Shown: positions 1-12,406, counted from the stretch's first letter. The stretch: 64,000 nt of DNA from Octopus sinensis (GCF_006345805.1 NC_042997.1:67022001-67086000); one strand, 5' to 3'. Program-made: numbers and translations. Notes: generated from the letters alone by a model not told the origin.

Positions 1-10
1 TTAGATTTTT

Positions 11-203
11 TTACTTGTTTCATTTATTGGCCATGCTGGAGCACTAACCTGAAGGATTTTCAGTCGAATGAATCGACTCTAGTACTTATTTTTGTTTCTA
101 AGCCTGTTACTTATTCGGTCTGTTTCTTTTACCGAACTGCAATGTTACGGGACGTAAAGAAACTAACACCGGTTGTCAAGCGGTGGTGGATGACAAACAC
201 AAA

Positions 204-240
<37 letters not shown>

Positions 241-357
241 TGGGCTTGTTTCAGTTACTGTCTCCCAAATCCACTTACAAGGCTTTGCTCAAAGTACCAC
301 GCAGTGAGACTGAAACCAGAACCATGTGGTTGGGAAACATTCTTCTTACTACACCAC
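11..357 (-). mobile_element. tRNA-derived SINE with CORE-like domain (octopus OR-type), degenerate copy
   Basis: Reverse complement aligns by eye with the full copy at 37724-38116 (tRNA-like head, internal (TG)n, tail ...gctccagcatggcc...aaacaagtaaaa). Confidence 0.8.
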
Positions 358-698
358 TTCACCTTGTTATATCATTTAAATTCTTTCATGATCTGTAATT
401 TTCTTAGTGTTTGTTGAAACAGACTACTAACTTGTTTCTTTGCCAACAACGATCCAGTCGATCCCCTCTTTCACTTCTTTCACTTAATCCATACTAGCAT
501 AATTACTGGTGGTTTTTTTCTCTGCTGACGTTTAATTTAAAATCACTTATTGTGGTTTCTTTAGCTTTGATATATTTAATATACTTTTATATTTTTGTTT
601 TTTTTTCTTGTAGTTTCATCACAATCATTCTGTCAAAAATTATTCCCTATCTAATTAATTATTTTGTTATTGCGTTTCATTATGATTTGTACTACTAA

Positions 699-1095
699 GG
701 TGGAGAGCTGGCAAGTTCACTAACACGCCGGACAAAATACTTAGCGATATTTCATCTTTACTTTCTGAGTTGAAATACCATCGAGCCCGACTTTGTCTTT
801 CATCTTGTCGAGATCGATAAAATAAGTACCAGCTGAATACTGGAGTTGATGTGATCGACTTATCCACAGCTCTAAAATTGCTGGCCTTTTGATAATATTT
901 AAAACCATCAAGATTCTTAGTCTTGAGTCGGCGAACTGGCAGAATAGTTAGAGCGTCAGGCAAATAAGTGTCTGTTTCTTGATACTCTGAGTTCATATCC
1001 CGCAAGGGCCAACTTTGCCTTTCATTCGATACAACAAAGTGCCAGTCTAATCCCCTTCCCTCAAAATTGCTGGCCTTGTGTCCAATTAGAAAACC
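699..1095 (+). mobile_element. Two tandem degenerate Meta-domain tRNA SINE copies (tail type B, aaaattgctggcctt)
   Basis: Heads ggtggagagctggca / gagtcggcgaactggca; Meta-like core gactttg(t/c)ctttcat...gataaaataagtaccag; both end in aaaattgctggcct. Confidence 0.7.
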
Positions 1096-1909
1096 ATTGT
1101 AATTCTCACTGCTTATTTTACACTCACTGTTCACCAGAATACAACACTGTAATTTCACTTCCAATTTTGCCATCATCTATTTCTCTATTTTCAAATATTC
1201 CCATGGTTTCAATATTCACAGTTTTTGATTTCCTGTATAAGACTGTCAAATTTTCTCGGCTCTGTAATGGTTTTGTGACCTAAATTCTTACATGTAAGAT
1301 TTGTTCTTTGTTTTCCCGGTATGAATTCCAAACAATAACATTCAATAAATGTTTGGGTTACAATCAATCATCGTCAGCTGTCTCTCCCTCTGAGGAGTTC
1401 ATTTCATCTTCTCTGCAGTTCGTTCCTGGATCAGTTGCAGTGGAGTGAGCGAAATGTTTTTATTCCACAGGTCTCACACGTTTGTATTTAAAAGAGAAAG
1501 GCTGCTCAATGTTGAAATGCCTTTCATCAGAGGCTTTTAAAAAGAATACGTTGGAGAATGTGGTCCAAGTTTCGTCACATATAAGGAAAGACAAACTAGT
1601 TATAACTGGAATATTTAAATAGGACAGACCTGGGGCTAAACAAGATCAACGCTCTGAAAACATTGATAAAATCTAAGTCCACATCTGATTTGAGAGAACA
1701 GTTACATGTAACTGAAGAGAGTGGAAAACCTCGGTGTTACAATTATCAATGCATAAACTGCTTGTAAACTTTTTTGCCGACATCGGTTCTGCCGCGACAA
1801 CAACCTCAGTATCACCCCTAACAGCAAGAAAGACAAATTAAGTAATGGCCGTATCATTATTAACAATAGCAGTAGCAGGGTTAACTGCGTCAACATCGCA
1901 ACGTACTAA

Positions 1910-2129
1910 CCCTTTAGCTTTTCTATTACATTATCAAATGTATTGCTTATTTATTCACATTGTTTTGAATTAATCATGCATTACTTCATAGCTGTGGGAA
2001 TTTGATAATGTTACAACTTAGTTTTAGAATGACATTGTAGAGTGGGTGTGAGAGGCCTGATTCGGCCAGTTTGAACTTAAAACAGGTCGAATATTTGGGC
2101 CAGATATGGCCTGTTTAAATGGTAAAGGG
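1910..2129. mobile_element. piggyBac-type MITE (about 220 bp)
   Basis: Termini ccctttagc ... ggtaaaggg, with a 4-bp CTAA duplicated on both sides (1906-1909 and 2130-2133). Confidence 0.7.
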
Positions 2130-2382
2130 CTAAAGAAACTCAGAGAAGTGCCCTGTTGTAAACTACAGGGACACAAACAACTCCTGACATATCCAAAGAC
2201 ATACCATTGTCTTGGTTGACTTCGCATCAAGTCATAGAGTGATTAATTGTCGAATCCGGGAGGAGAATGAAGGCGTCTAAGTCTGATCTTCACGTACAGA
2301 AACGTTGACAGATCTAAAGTGGGATGAGAATGTGACGGATTTGACAGTGAAACATTTAAACCACTACAATAACAAAACGAAC

Positions 2383-2388
2383 AAACAG

Positions 2389-2420
<32 letters not shown>

Positions 2421-2462
2421 GCAGCAGCAACATCAGTAACAACTGCATCAGCAGCAGCACCA
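2383..2462. repeat. (CAG/CAA)n trinucleotide repeat
   Basis: Directly visible. Confidence 0.9.
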
Positions 2463-2585
2463 ATATAAGCAATAACACAGGTCAATGAAAGATCATCTAC
2501 ACTGTCACACGGCTTATGTTTTTATGATTTTAGTCGTGAGGTAAAGATTGTGCCCATGACCTTCGTAGGTCCTCGTAATACTGAT

Positions 2586-2784
2586 TTCAAATTTTGGCAA
2601 AAGGTCAGCAAATTCAGGGGAGTTGGGAAGTCGATTATATCTACCCCAGTGCTCAATTGGTACTTATTTTATCGACCTCGAAAAAATGAAAGGCAAAGTC
2701 GACCTCAGTTGAATTTAAAGACGGACTAAATGCCGCTAAGTATTTTGCTCGGTGCGGTAACGATTCAGCCAGCTCGCCACCTTG
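2586..2784 (-). mobile_element. Meta-domain tRNA SINE (tail type B) with 18-bp TSD
   Basis: Reverse complement of aggtggcgagctggctgaatcgttacc...; flanked by ggtcctcgtaata(c/t)tgat at 2568-2585 and 2785-2802. Confidence 0.8.
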
Positions 2785-3959
2785 GGTCCTCGTAATATTG
2801 ATACGGTTAATGTTTGGCTCGAACTGTTGGAAGTTGACATCTACAGAAAAATATGAAAATAGGTATTTTAGAGAGTGAACATTTTTTCGAAGAAGGATAG
2901 GGTTTAATGGTTAGTAATGTTCCCGGAAAATGAGACATAAAAGGGATAGGGTGTGCATGTGACTTTAGTGAAGGAGGTACTTAACAAGTTAAATCCAAGG
3001 AGCAGAGGTTGTTGTAGAAATGGTAAAAAAAGATAGAGTGAGGAAACAGCATTGTATTAGAGGCTGTAGTACGTTGGTCAGTGATTCCTTGCACATCGGT
3101 CGTGTGGCTTACTTTTAGATGAAGGTTTGAATAATTATCTGTGGAGCAGCAGCTTTGCCTCAGATGTGGGAAAAGTTATTTTTGTGCGGGTCTACTGTGA
3201 GTTGTGTTGAAAGTCAACTGGTGTTTAGTATTTTTTGTCTTTAAAGACTAGGGATAGCCTTAACGATGCATCTTTTGTTGAGTTATGGATGTGAGATCGT
3301 CAGGAGAGGTCATTAGTGGTTGAGAAGTCGAGCATTTGTAATGATTCTATAGGGTTTCAATTACGTGTTGTCAAGGCTGGGTTAACGTGCTGCAGGACAT
3401 GTAACATACACATAAATATTAAAACATCAATATTTATCTGCATAATAAACTACAGTTTAAGAGTTATTTTCTAGATTTAGCATGGGTAAATCTGTTGCTG
3501 AGATTGAAAATATCTATTTCACGCAGAAGTCCATTGATATTGTTCAATCTGTTTTGACCCACTTTTCAGTTCAGCATTAGCTGAATTTCTCAAGAGTAAG
3601 GGACAACTGATAAGAACAGTTCCGCTTATATGACTTGGTTCTACGGAATCTGGACTGGTAGAAGATGAGAAAAGAGAAGGTCTCAAATTGGGGAAGTTAG
3701 CGTTGATAACTTTTTCTATCACATTTGGCATCTTGGCAGTGAGAGGGATAGGTTAGTAGTTTCAAGGACACAAATATTGCTCTTTTCTGGATAGGAGACT
3801 TTAGCAGGCCTTTAAACACTGGACTTCTATTTCTATCAGATAGAGTAACTTCAAAGGACCCCTTGTTAATTCGGCTGTTTATTTTTTTTAATAAAGTCAA
3901 TCATATTTCAAATATCACCAATTAAAATTACGTTACATGTAATTGTATATCTAGTGTAG

Positions 3960-4675
3960 AAATAAAACAGCAAGGAAAATAAGGGAAAAATAACCCTGAA
4001 TACCTGATTGCAATAGATATTTGTTATGACATTGCAGTATGATAGAATCTGGAAAAAAAGGCAGCAGGATAGTTGTTGAAGTATGGGAGAAAGATTTTTG
4101 CAACTGACCTTTCTCATGGTAACCATCGTCTCTATGAACTGAAGTACTGCATGTAACAATAATTTGAATATTTGGCCATACAAATATCAAAGGAAACAGG
4201 AAAGCAGCTGAATTAGCAAACGAGAAAATGCGAAAATAAATTATGTAAACAATATTCCAAAGCTATCACAAGTTAAATCAACCAGTAAAAGCGCAATTAC
4301 TTAAGGGAGTAAAAAAATATTTTGCAAAGAATCAAGAGATGAACTTCAATCTTCCATTATCTCAACTAGATCTGTCAACATATAACGCATATCAGAATCT
4401 AAGCAAGGTTAACAAAGATTTTGTTGGCTTCGAATGAGCCATATACCTGTAAACTATATTCTATCACGAACAGGTCCAATGCAATCACCTTTATGTTTCT
4501 GTGCAGGCTATTCGGAAACCTTATGGCATCATTTATTTCAATACAAAACTCGCCAATCTAAGCGAACGTTTTAAAACTGGCCTTTAAAAGGTTACCAAGA
4601 CTGGAGGTGTAATTATTTTCAAGGATCCACAAACCACAAATAAAACATCCCTATTCAAGGAGGCTGCAAAATGAT
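3960..4675 (+). pseudogene. Possible decayed retroelement ORF with RNase H-like C-terminal motif
   Basis: One + frame reads ...I*IFGHTNIKGNRKAAELANE..., resembling the RNase H motif WVPGH-x2-I-x-GNE-x-AD-x-LA; many in-frame stops. Confidence 0.3.
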
Positions 4676-5176
4676 TTAACAAAAGAAACATTTAACTGTT
4701 CTTTTTCTGCACTACCTCGCACTCGCCTTTTTACTTTTTAGTAATTTTTTTCTTCATATAAATAAAAAGTATTATATATATTTCTCAGTCTGTCATGACA
4801 TACCAGCTTCACATAGACGTTTAAATTGATAAAATAAAATACGATAAAAATAAGTATCTTCGACAGTAATAATAATAGTTATTGTTGTTGTCGTTGTTGA
4901 TGTCCATGCCATCTTATCTTTTCGTATATCAGGAACTACATTGTATTCCACTTTTAATACAATAGGGTGTGATTTAAAGAAGATTCGGTTGATGTTTCTA
5001 GCCGACGGAGCGACCGCATAAAATATTCGCCCACATAAGATGTAATAAATAAATTTATTACATAAGATGTAATAAATAAATAAAGCAATGCTATTGTTTA
5101 CAACACTAATAGTGTTTTACAATGAAAAACAAGCAAAAGCAACTCTAATTTCAATAGTGACGATGACGACAACAGC

Positions 5177-5283
5177 AAGAAGAAGAAGAAGAAGAAGAAG
5201 AAGAAGAAGAAGAAGAAGAAGAAGAAGAAGAAGAAGAAGAAGAAGAAGAAGAAGAAGAAGAAGAAGAAGAAGAAGAAGAAGAA

Positions 5284-5318
<35 letters not shown>
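5177..5318. repeat. Compound microsatellite (AAG)n(GAT)n
   Basis: Directly visible. Confidence 0.95.
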
Positions 5319-5319
<1 letters not shown>

Positions 5320-6140
5320 AAAGTTAAGATGATTATACGATTAACATTTACAGTGATTTTAAGCCCAGAAGATTTTTGAAAACAATAACAAAAATATCAC
5401 ATTTATTTGAAAGAGCAGTACCATTATCGTATATCAACAGCAAAAGAAAGAAAGAAAGAAAGAAAGAAAGAAAATGTTTGTTCATGCCTTTGTAAATTGT
5501 ATGATAGTTGATTCCTTCTGTCAGATGCTTTTAAATAGTTATGAAGCTGAAGCAATGTGTCAGCATCGCTGACATTAGATTGTCACCAAAACATGATGGT
5601 GGTGACGACCGACCATCAAGAAGCCTCAAAGTTGTCGCTTGACCTGCCAGAAATAGTAACTAATTTTCCCTCAAATTACAACCTACCGGCCAAAAACAAA
5701 TAAAAGCACGTTGGATAATGGTGATACTGAATTCTTTGCACCGGAGAGAAAGACGAAATAGTCACTACGGTTTTTTTCTTGGGGTATTCATAATTATTAT
5801 ATTATTGTTACTGCTATTCCAAGCTGTAATAGCTTCTTTGACAGTACTAATAATATAAAAAAGAAAATGCTATTTGGATGGCAGTTGGCTGCTTAGAGTT
5901 CATCTGCCCTGAGACAGGTTTTGTTTTTCTTCGAGCAAGCTCTGTGGGGTTGTCGGTTTAGTCTCCGACGGCTCAACATTTGTGCGTCGATTTCGCGGCT
6001 TCATTAATGATGGCGGTGAAGTCGGGAGTATCTTGCGGCTTGATAACTAAGGGACGTGGACACGTAGTGAGAAGATGAAACAAAAGAGAAAGAAGAGTAA
6101 GAAAAAAGGAGGAAGAGAAAGGGGGAGAAAAAGATGGTGG

Positions 6141-6186
<46 letters not shown>

Positions 6187-6390
6187 AGAGGTGGGTCTTT
6201 TGATTTGTCTATATGTATAAACGAGCAAAACACCCCCAGTCCAATGAACGGTGCTGAGTTGTCAGACATTTAAACCAAATTTTCTCAAAACAACTTGTCT
6301 GAGGCTTTCCTCATAGTCGGATAGATTTAGACGAGAAATGCATATTTAGTCAATTTACAAGTTTGTTTTATTGTTTTCTGATATATTAAA

Positions 6391-6650
6391 AATAAATAAA
6401 TAAATGCGCCCTTTTAGAGCGTAGCCAGGCTCATGGGCTCGGTGTCCCGGTTTCAATGGCGTATATGTTCCCCAGCTGGACGGGACGCCAGTCCATCGCA
6501 GCGTTACTCCTTTTTGTCAGCTGAGTGGACTGGAGCAACGTGAAATGAAGTGTTTTGCTCAAGAACACAACGCGTCGCCCGGTCCAGGAATCGAAACCAC
6601 AATCTTACGATCATGATGCTGACACCCTTACCACTAAGCCACGCGCCTCC
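6391..6650 (-). mobile_element. tRNA-derived SINE (CORE-like plus V-domain-like middle), (TTTA)n tail
   Basis: Minus strand: ggaggcgcgtggcttagtggtaagg (A box) ... ggtttcgattcc (B box) ... tgtgttcttgagcaaaacact ... gcgatggactggcgtcccgtccag. Confidence 0.8.
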
Positions 6651-6773
6651 ACTTTCTGATATATTACATACGATTATTTGATACCGAAGAGTACACATTT
6701 TTATCCTTTATCTTCTACTTGTTTTAATCAGTAGATTGTGACCATGTTGGGGCACCCCCTTAAATCCTTTTTA

Positions 6774-6818
<45 letters not shown>

Positions 6819-7152
6819 ACACACACACACTCACACACACACACACTCACACACACACACACACTCACACACACACACACACACACATACGACGATGAAA
6901 TCGTTGGAAGGTGATTTCCAAAGTTAATATGTACGTTACTCGTGTCTTACTAACTACTTCAAAATGGTGCATAGTGGGGGGAAACTATTTTCATTTTCAG
7001 ATTCCCCATATTTCAAAGCATATAATACTTCACTTTTTATGGAAAACGGAGCAGGGTGGAACACTCAGAAATCCCACTCCCAAACTCAATGGGGAGGGGG
7101 GATTGCATGCCCTAGTTTCCTAGTAACCTTTCGCCACTAATAGCAAGTATAT

Positions 7153-7216
7153 TCTTCTTCTTCTTCTTCTTCTTCTTCTTCTTCTTCTTCTTCTTCTTCT
7201 TCTTCTTCTTCTTCTT

Positions 7217-7309
<93 letters not shown>

Positions 7310-7313
7310 TATT
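7153..7313. repeat. Compound microsatellite (TTC)n(TTA)n(ATC)n at the 3' end of the R4/Dong element
   Basis: Directly visible; abuts the element end. Confidence 0.9.
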
Positions 7314-8622
7314 ATTCAGTAGTCTTATTTTTATCACGTGCTTTCACTGCGCAGATCTGTGTGCCTTGGGTATGTGCTGTGGTTTGTTGTGGTGCTCTTA
7401 TTGTTACCGTGTTAAAAGTGTTTTAAGTAGGATGTGTGCGGTGCCTGGTTGTGCTAGTTTCTGTGTTATATATATTTGTTAGTCCTGGTGTTTTCGTTAT
7501 GTATTTGTCTAAATATATTTTATCATACCTAATGCGCCTATTATGATTGTTTCTGTTTTTAGACTCCACATTCGAGTTACCTGTTTCCAGGTCTTTGTAT
7601 TTTGAAAGTTTCTCCTTTTCTTTTAGAGAAAGGTTGTCATCTGTTGGTATTAATAGATCGACTAGAAAGCATTTTTTTCTTGATGATCTCTGACAACTAT
7701 ATCCGGCCTATTGGCCTTGATTTCTTTATCTCTGTGTATTGGCATATTCCATAATATGGCTGCTTTCACATTTTCTGTGTCCTTTTCTGGCGTGTATTTA
7801 TACCATCTTTTTTCTGTTGTTATTCCATAGTGTTGGCATAGCTTCCAGTTATATTGGTCCTTACTCTGTCGTGTCTGTGAATATATTCCTTCTTAGCCAG
7901 GACTGGGCAGCCAGAGACAATATGGTTTATTGATACTTGTCCATCTCCACATATTCCAGTTACTTGTTATGTTTCTTTTTATTATATGTTTTATTATATG
8001 GTGGGGAGGCTTTGGTCTTGTGCTGCAATTAAAAATCCTTCAGTATCTGATTTGGGTCTTGAGCTTGTCAACCATGGTTGGAATTTTGCTTTGTGTATTT
8101 CTTTTGCATTTAGTTTAACCTAGTATTTGCCTCGAAGGGGTTTTTCTTGCCATCATTTTATCATGATTCGTTGCTGTTCCAGTTTTAGTTTGGATTTCAG
8201 TTATTTTTCAGCTTTTGTTGTTTCTTCTTTTTTCTTCATTGTTGTTAGGTACTTGTCAGCTTCCTTAAAAACTGAAAACAGTGTTTTGTTTTGTTCGTGT
8301 TTTGTGGCTATTTGAAATAGTCTTCCCTGCTTCTGAAGTAGGTGTTTTTGAAGATCTATGGTGGTTATTTTGTAATAGTTTTCTAGCTGTATAAGGCCTC
8401 TACCACCTTCTATATGCTGTATATATAACCTTTCTATGTCAGATTTTGGGTGGTGCATCCTAAATCCTGTCCTTATTTTTCTTGTTACTTGTCTATTTTA
8501 ATTAGTTCATTTAGTGTCCAGTTAAGGATATTGTAGCTGTAACTTATAAATGGGATGGTTAGAGTATTGATACCTATTATCTTATTTTTCGCATTAAACC
8601 TTTTTTCAGTATTAATCTAACT
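7314..8622 (-). mobile_element. R4/Dong-clade non-LTR retrotransposon, 5'-truncated 3' fragment (post-RT region, zinc knuckle, restriction-like endonuclease)
   Basis: Minus frames read KNKIIGINTLTIP...MHHPKSDIERLYIQHIEGGRGLIQLE, then ICGDGQVSINHIVSGCPVLAKKEYIHRHD (CCHC remnant), then LWNMPIHRDKEIKANRPDIVVRD...LVDLLIP...KEKEKLSKYKDL (PD..D..K endonuclease). Frameshifted. Confidence 0.85.
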
Positions 8623-8649
8623 CTATTATTATTATTATTATTATTATTA

Positions 8650-8722
<73 letters not shown>
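8623..8722. repeat. (TAT)n microsatellite at the 5' junction of the R4/Dong fragment
   Basis: Directly visible. Confidence 0.95.
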
Positions 8723-8819
8723 TAAATAGTTCTATTTTTAGTGCATGTTTTTGATGTACCACCGTGTTCAGGTCTTTGAGCTTCAATAAAAGTAGTGTCT
8801 TGTTTCCTGTTTGTGCTAA

Positions 8820-9050
8820 TTTATTGTTTTGAAGATATTCAACGTGCATTTTCCAATATTGCCAAGTTGTTTTGAACTTTGTAAAGAACCATTTTCCCTT
8901 AGACCATATATATCGGATGATCTTTGATAAAAATAGAGATAAGCTGAGTTACAATTTTCACTTAAAATTTGCGGCTTATGTGGCAAATATAAACAGAAGA
9001 ATCTTTTCAGTACGAAAAGACAAAATTCATCCCCTCTATATTGTAACACC
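8820..9050 (+). mobile_element. Penelope-like element ORF remnant (RT to GIY-YIG linker)
   Basis: NIAKLF..NFVKNHFPLDHIYRMIFDKNRDKLSYNFHLKFAAYVANINRRIF resembles the PLE motif NIGK.FL.L..KHFP..H.LHKIFN+N.VK+SYS......I..HN.KIL. Confidence 0.5.
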
Positions 9051-9838
9051 TCTGAAATCTTCCCTCTCAAAGGTACATGCCATTCTATAGCAGTGGTTTA
9101 TCTTACAGATGACAGGAAAACAAAAAGCTGCATAAAACTCACTGAAAATCATTTAGAAATTCTCGCAATACACTTGCACACACACACTCACGCACATATT
9201 CAGTTACTTAGAGAGAGAAACATTACTATTTCACTTTGTAAATATATTTGAGGTGTAAAGCAATTATTAGAACACCGGGACCATTTCAGTGACGGCATCT
9301 CCTAAAATGTGTGGTTGATGTCCTTCTGTTGCAATTTTAATCAAAACATCTGAATTGGTAATTCTTGCAGGCGCTTCAGTGAAAATTTATTGAGGGATTT
9401 TTAATTACCGTGAAATTATAATATTAGATTTCCTGCCTAAATGATTTTGGCATTGGAAAGATAATTGCATATAAAAAAAATAAATCACATATTTATCAAA
9501 TCTTCAAATGCACCAACAAGAACTACTTTCCATGTGCACGTGCATTTTTGAAAGAGTACCCAAGTCATGAAAATATCACACGTTTTTGCACGTGAATAGA
9601 TGAAAACATCACTCGTTTCTCAACATAATAAAGAATAAATGAAAATATGATGTATTTTAAAACAGATTTTTTTTCTCTCAGTAACCGTTCAATAATTTTT
9701 CATAAGCAGCTTACAGCTACTTAGGAAAAATTCAATGAGCAATAGCTAGAGCGAAATTAAATGTATGGTAAATAGGTGTACAGATGTATGTTTATAAACT
9801 TATGCACAAACACGCAAAGTAATTTAATTCGTGTATGT

Positions 9839-9901
<63 letters not shown>

Positions 9902-10254
9902 TGTGTTTGTGTGTTTGTGTGTATGTGTTTATATGCACGTACTACAGATGTATATCTATTTCTCTGGCAGCGTGTAGTTTTTGAAGTAGTAATGTGCGAT
10001 TGTCAATCATCTCTAAAGGTACCTATCATTGTAACTAATTGTATAGTGGCAATAGCGAAGTCGCTAAAGTAGGTGAAACTTATAAAGAAGTGAATGTGTA
10101 TCGGTGTTAAGTCGTAAAGAATTTTGTTCACACTTCAATCTTAATTCAGTCACGTGTTTCAATTCAGTCAAGGTTTTGCAGAACTAGTTAGTCATAATCG
10201 ACAAAATATTCTTTCTAATAAAAGTACAAGGCTAGAAATTTCTGAGAGTGGGAT

Positions 10255-10860
10255 GTAGTCGATTACATCGACCCTAGTATAGGGAAGGTATTTACGTTTT
10301 TTTTTCGACCCCGCAAAGTTGAAAGGCAAACTCGACCTTGGCGAAGTTTTAACTCAGAGCGTAAAGTTAGATGAATGTTTCTAAGCATTTTTGTCCGGCA
10401 TGCTAACAATTCTACCAGCTCACTACCTTCATCATCGACAATATATTGAGTCAAATTAAGGCGGCGAGCTGGCAGAATCGTTAGCACGCCGGACAAAATA
10501 CTTGTCAATTTTTAAGGCGGCAGAAACGTTAGCACGCCGGGCGAAATGCTTTGCAGCATTTCGTCTGCCGTTACATCCTGAGTTCAAATTCTGCCGAGGT
10601 TGACTTTGCCTTTCATCCTTTCGGGATCGATAAATAAAGTACCAATTACGCACTGGGGTCGATATAATCGACTTAATCCGTTTGTCTGTCCTTGTTTGTC
10701 CTCTCTGTGTTTAGCCCCTTGTGGGTAGTAAAGAAATAAGAAACATTAGCATACCGGGCGAAATACTTAGCGGCATTTCGTTCGTCTTTACGATCTAAGT
10801 TCAGATTCCGCCGGAGTCGACTTTGCCTTTCATCATTTCGGAGTCAACAAAATAAGTAAG
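10255..10860. mobile_element. Cluster of four Meta-domain SINE pieces: about 10255-10435 (-), 10460-10510 (+, head only), 10515-10740 (+, complete, tail type A), 10741-10860 (+, partial)
   Basis: Repeated ggcggc(gagctg)gcagaa..gttagcacgccgg heads and gactttgcctttcatcctttcggg cores. Confidence 0.8.
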
Positions 10861-11399
10861 TAATAAGTTTAATCCATATATCCTCCCACCACCACCACCA
10901 CCACCACCACAACCACCACCACCACCACCACCACCACCGCTACCGCCAGAACCAATCTACTGACCTTGTACCAAAATTTGAAACCAATGTATTAAATCAA
11001 ATTTAGGAGATGTAAGGACTTGGTATTTAATACTATGGAAAGATTATTTGGAAAAGTTTTATGTGTAATCGTATTCTTATTATACTCTGAAATATTCTGG
11101 CCATTGATTTTATTCGGTTAGTTATAGTCACAACGTTTCCACTTCTGTGCATTCCGGTCTTTTCAGGTTCCTGACGTGGTCAGTAATGTTCTTTGAATTT
11201 CGAATCGATTGCTTTACGGGGGTAAATTATTATTTTCGTAAACATACACACGCACACACATACAGACAGACACACACACAGACAAACTAATAGTGCTTAA
11301 ATTGCGCGCGAGCACACACACAAACTCATATATATATATATATATTGAGAGAGAGAGACAGAGAGACAGAGAGGGATAGATATACACATACATATATAC

Positions 11400-11430
<31 letters not shown>

Positions 11431-11822
11431 TGTATGTATGTATGTATGTATGTATGTATGTATGTATGTATGTATTCGTTATTAGCGATGGTAGCATTGT
11501 TAGTTCAGAATACATTTTGATTATGTATCATCATCGATTGTGTGTGCGTGCGTATGTTTACGAAAATCAGTGGCGACTAAAATATATTTTTATGTAGTAA
11601 AAATATAGTTCTTAAATTTATTCTTTTTCTCTGTAAGAACTCTTGTAATAATACGCACGCAGCCATATCAGCACTTGACACTGTATATGTATTCCCACTA
11701 CAAACTCTTTTGCTTTCGTATTTCATATTGTTTACGGTCTGTGACATCCTGCACTCATATGTGTACATATATATGTGTATATATTTACATACACAACATA
11801 TGCAAATATATGTACATATATA

Positions 11823-11989
<167 letters not shown>

Positions 11990-12011
11990 GTATATATATA
12001 TATATATATAT

Positions 12012-12075
<64 letters not shown>

Positions 12076-12099
12076 TATATATATGCATATGTATATGTA

Positions 12100-12300
12100 T
12101 GTGAGCACCGCCAGCAATTTTTTTTCCTCTGTCTTCCCTTCTCGGGATCTTTCCTTCTCCTTTGTTTCCGACGAAGAGCTCCGCTCGAAACGTTAAACCC
12201 TCCTTCTTCCCATCTATCCTGAGCGTCCAATAATACTTTATTTGTTCCACGTCCTCGTCTTGCTGTGTTTTTTTGTGTTTTCTTGTTTGGATTAACTTTA
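12100..12300 (+). mobile_element. Penelope-like pseudo-LTR repeat containing a hammerhead motif; second copy at about 25815-26030 (-)
   Basis: Both copies share tttccgacgaagagctccgctcgaaa(c/t)gt(t/c)aaaccctccttc...tgagcgtccaataatactttatttgttccac...gtttggattaactttata and end in (TA)n. Confidence 0.65.
12164..12198 (+). ncRNA. Minimal type-I hammerhead ribozyme motif (U4C variant)
   Basis: GUUU-CCGACGA-A-GAGC(UCC)GCUC-GAAA-CGUU-AAAC: helix I GUUU/AAAC, helix II 4 bp, palindromic AACGUU helix III. Confidence 0.6.
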
Positions 12301-12406
12301 TATGTATATATATATATATACACACACACATTTATATTATTATTTGATTGAACGGCATTTCCAAGTATTTTCTATATGTATGTATATATGTATGTTTGTA
12401 TGTATG

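Noticed and set aside
2880-3400. Possible decayed RT on the minus strand
   Set aside because: No diagnostic motif could be read confidently.
4500-4672. SAM-methyltransferase-like reading (YGIIYF...KTGGVIIF)
   Set aside because: There is an in-frame stop and no motif I; the region is better explained as decayed retroelement sequence or chance.
6985-7060. Strong-looking splice acceptor ttttcattttcag
   Set aside because: No consensus donor and no recognisable peptide.
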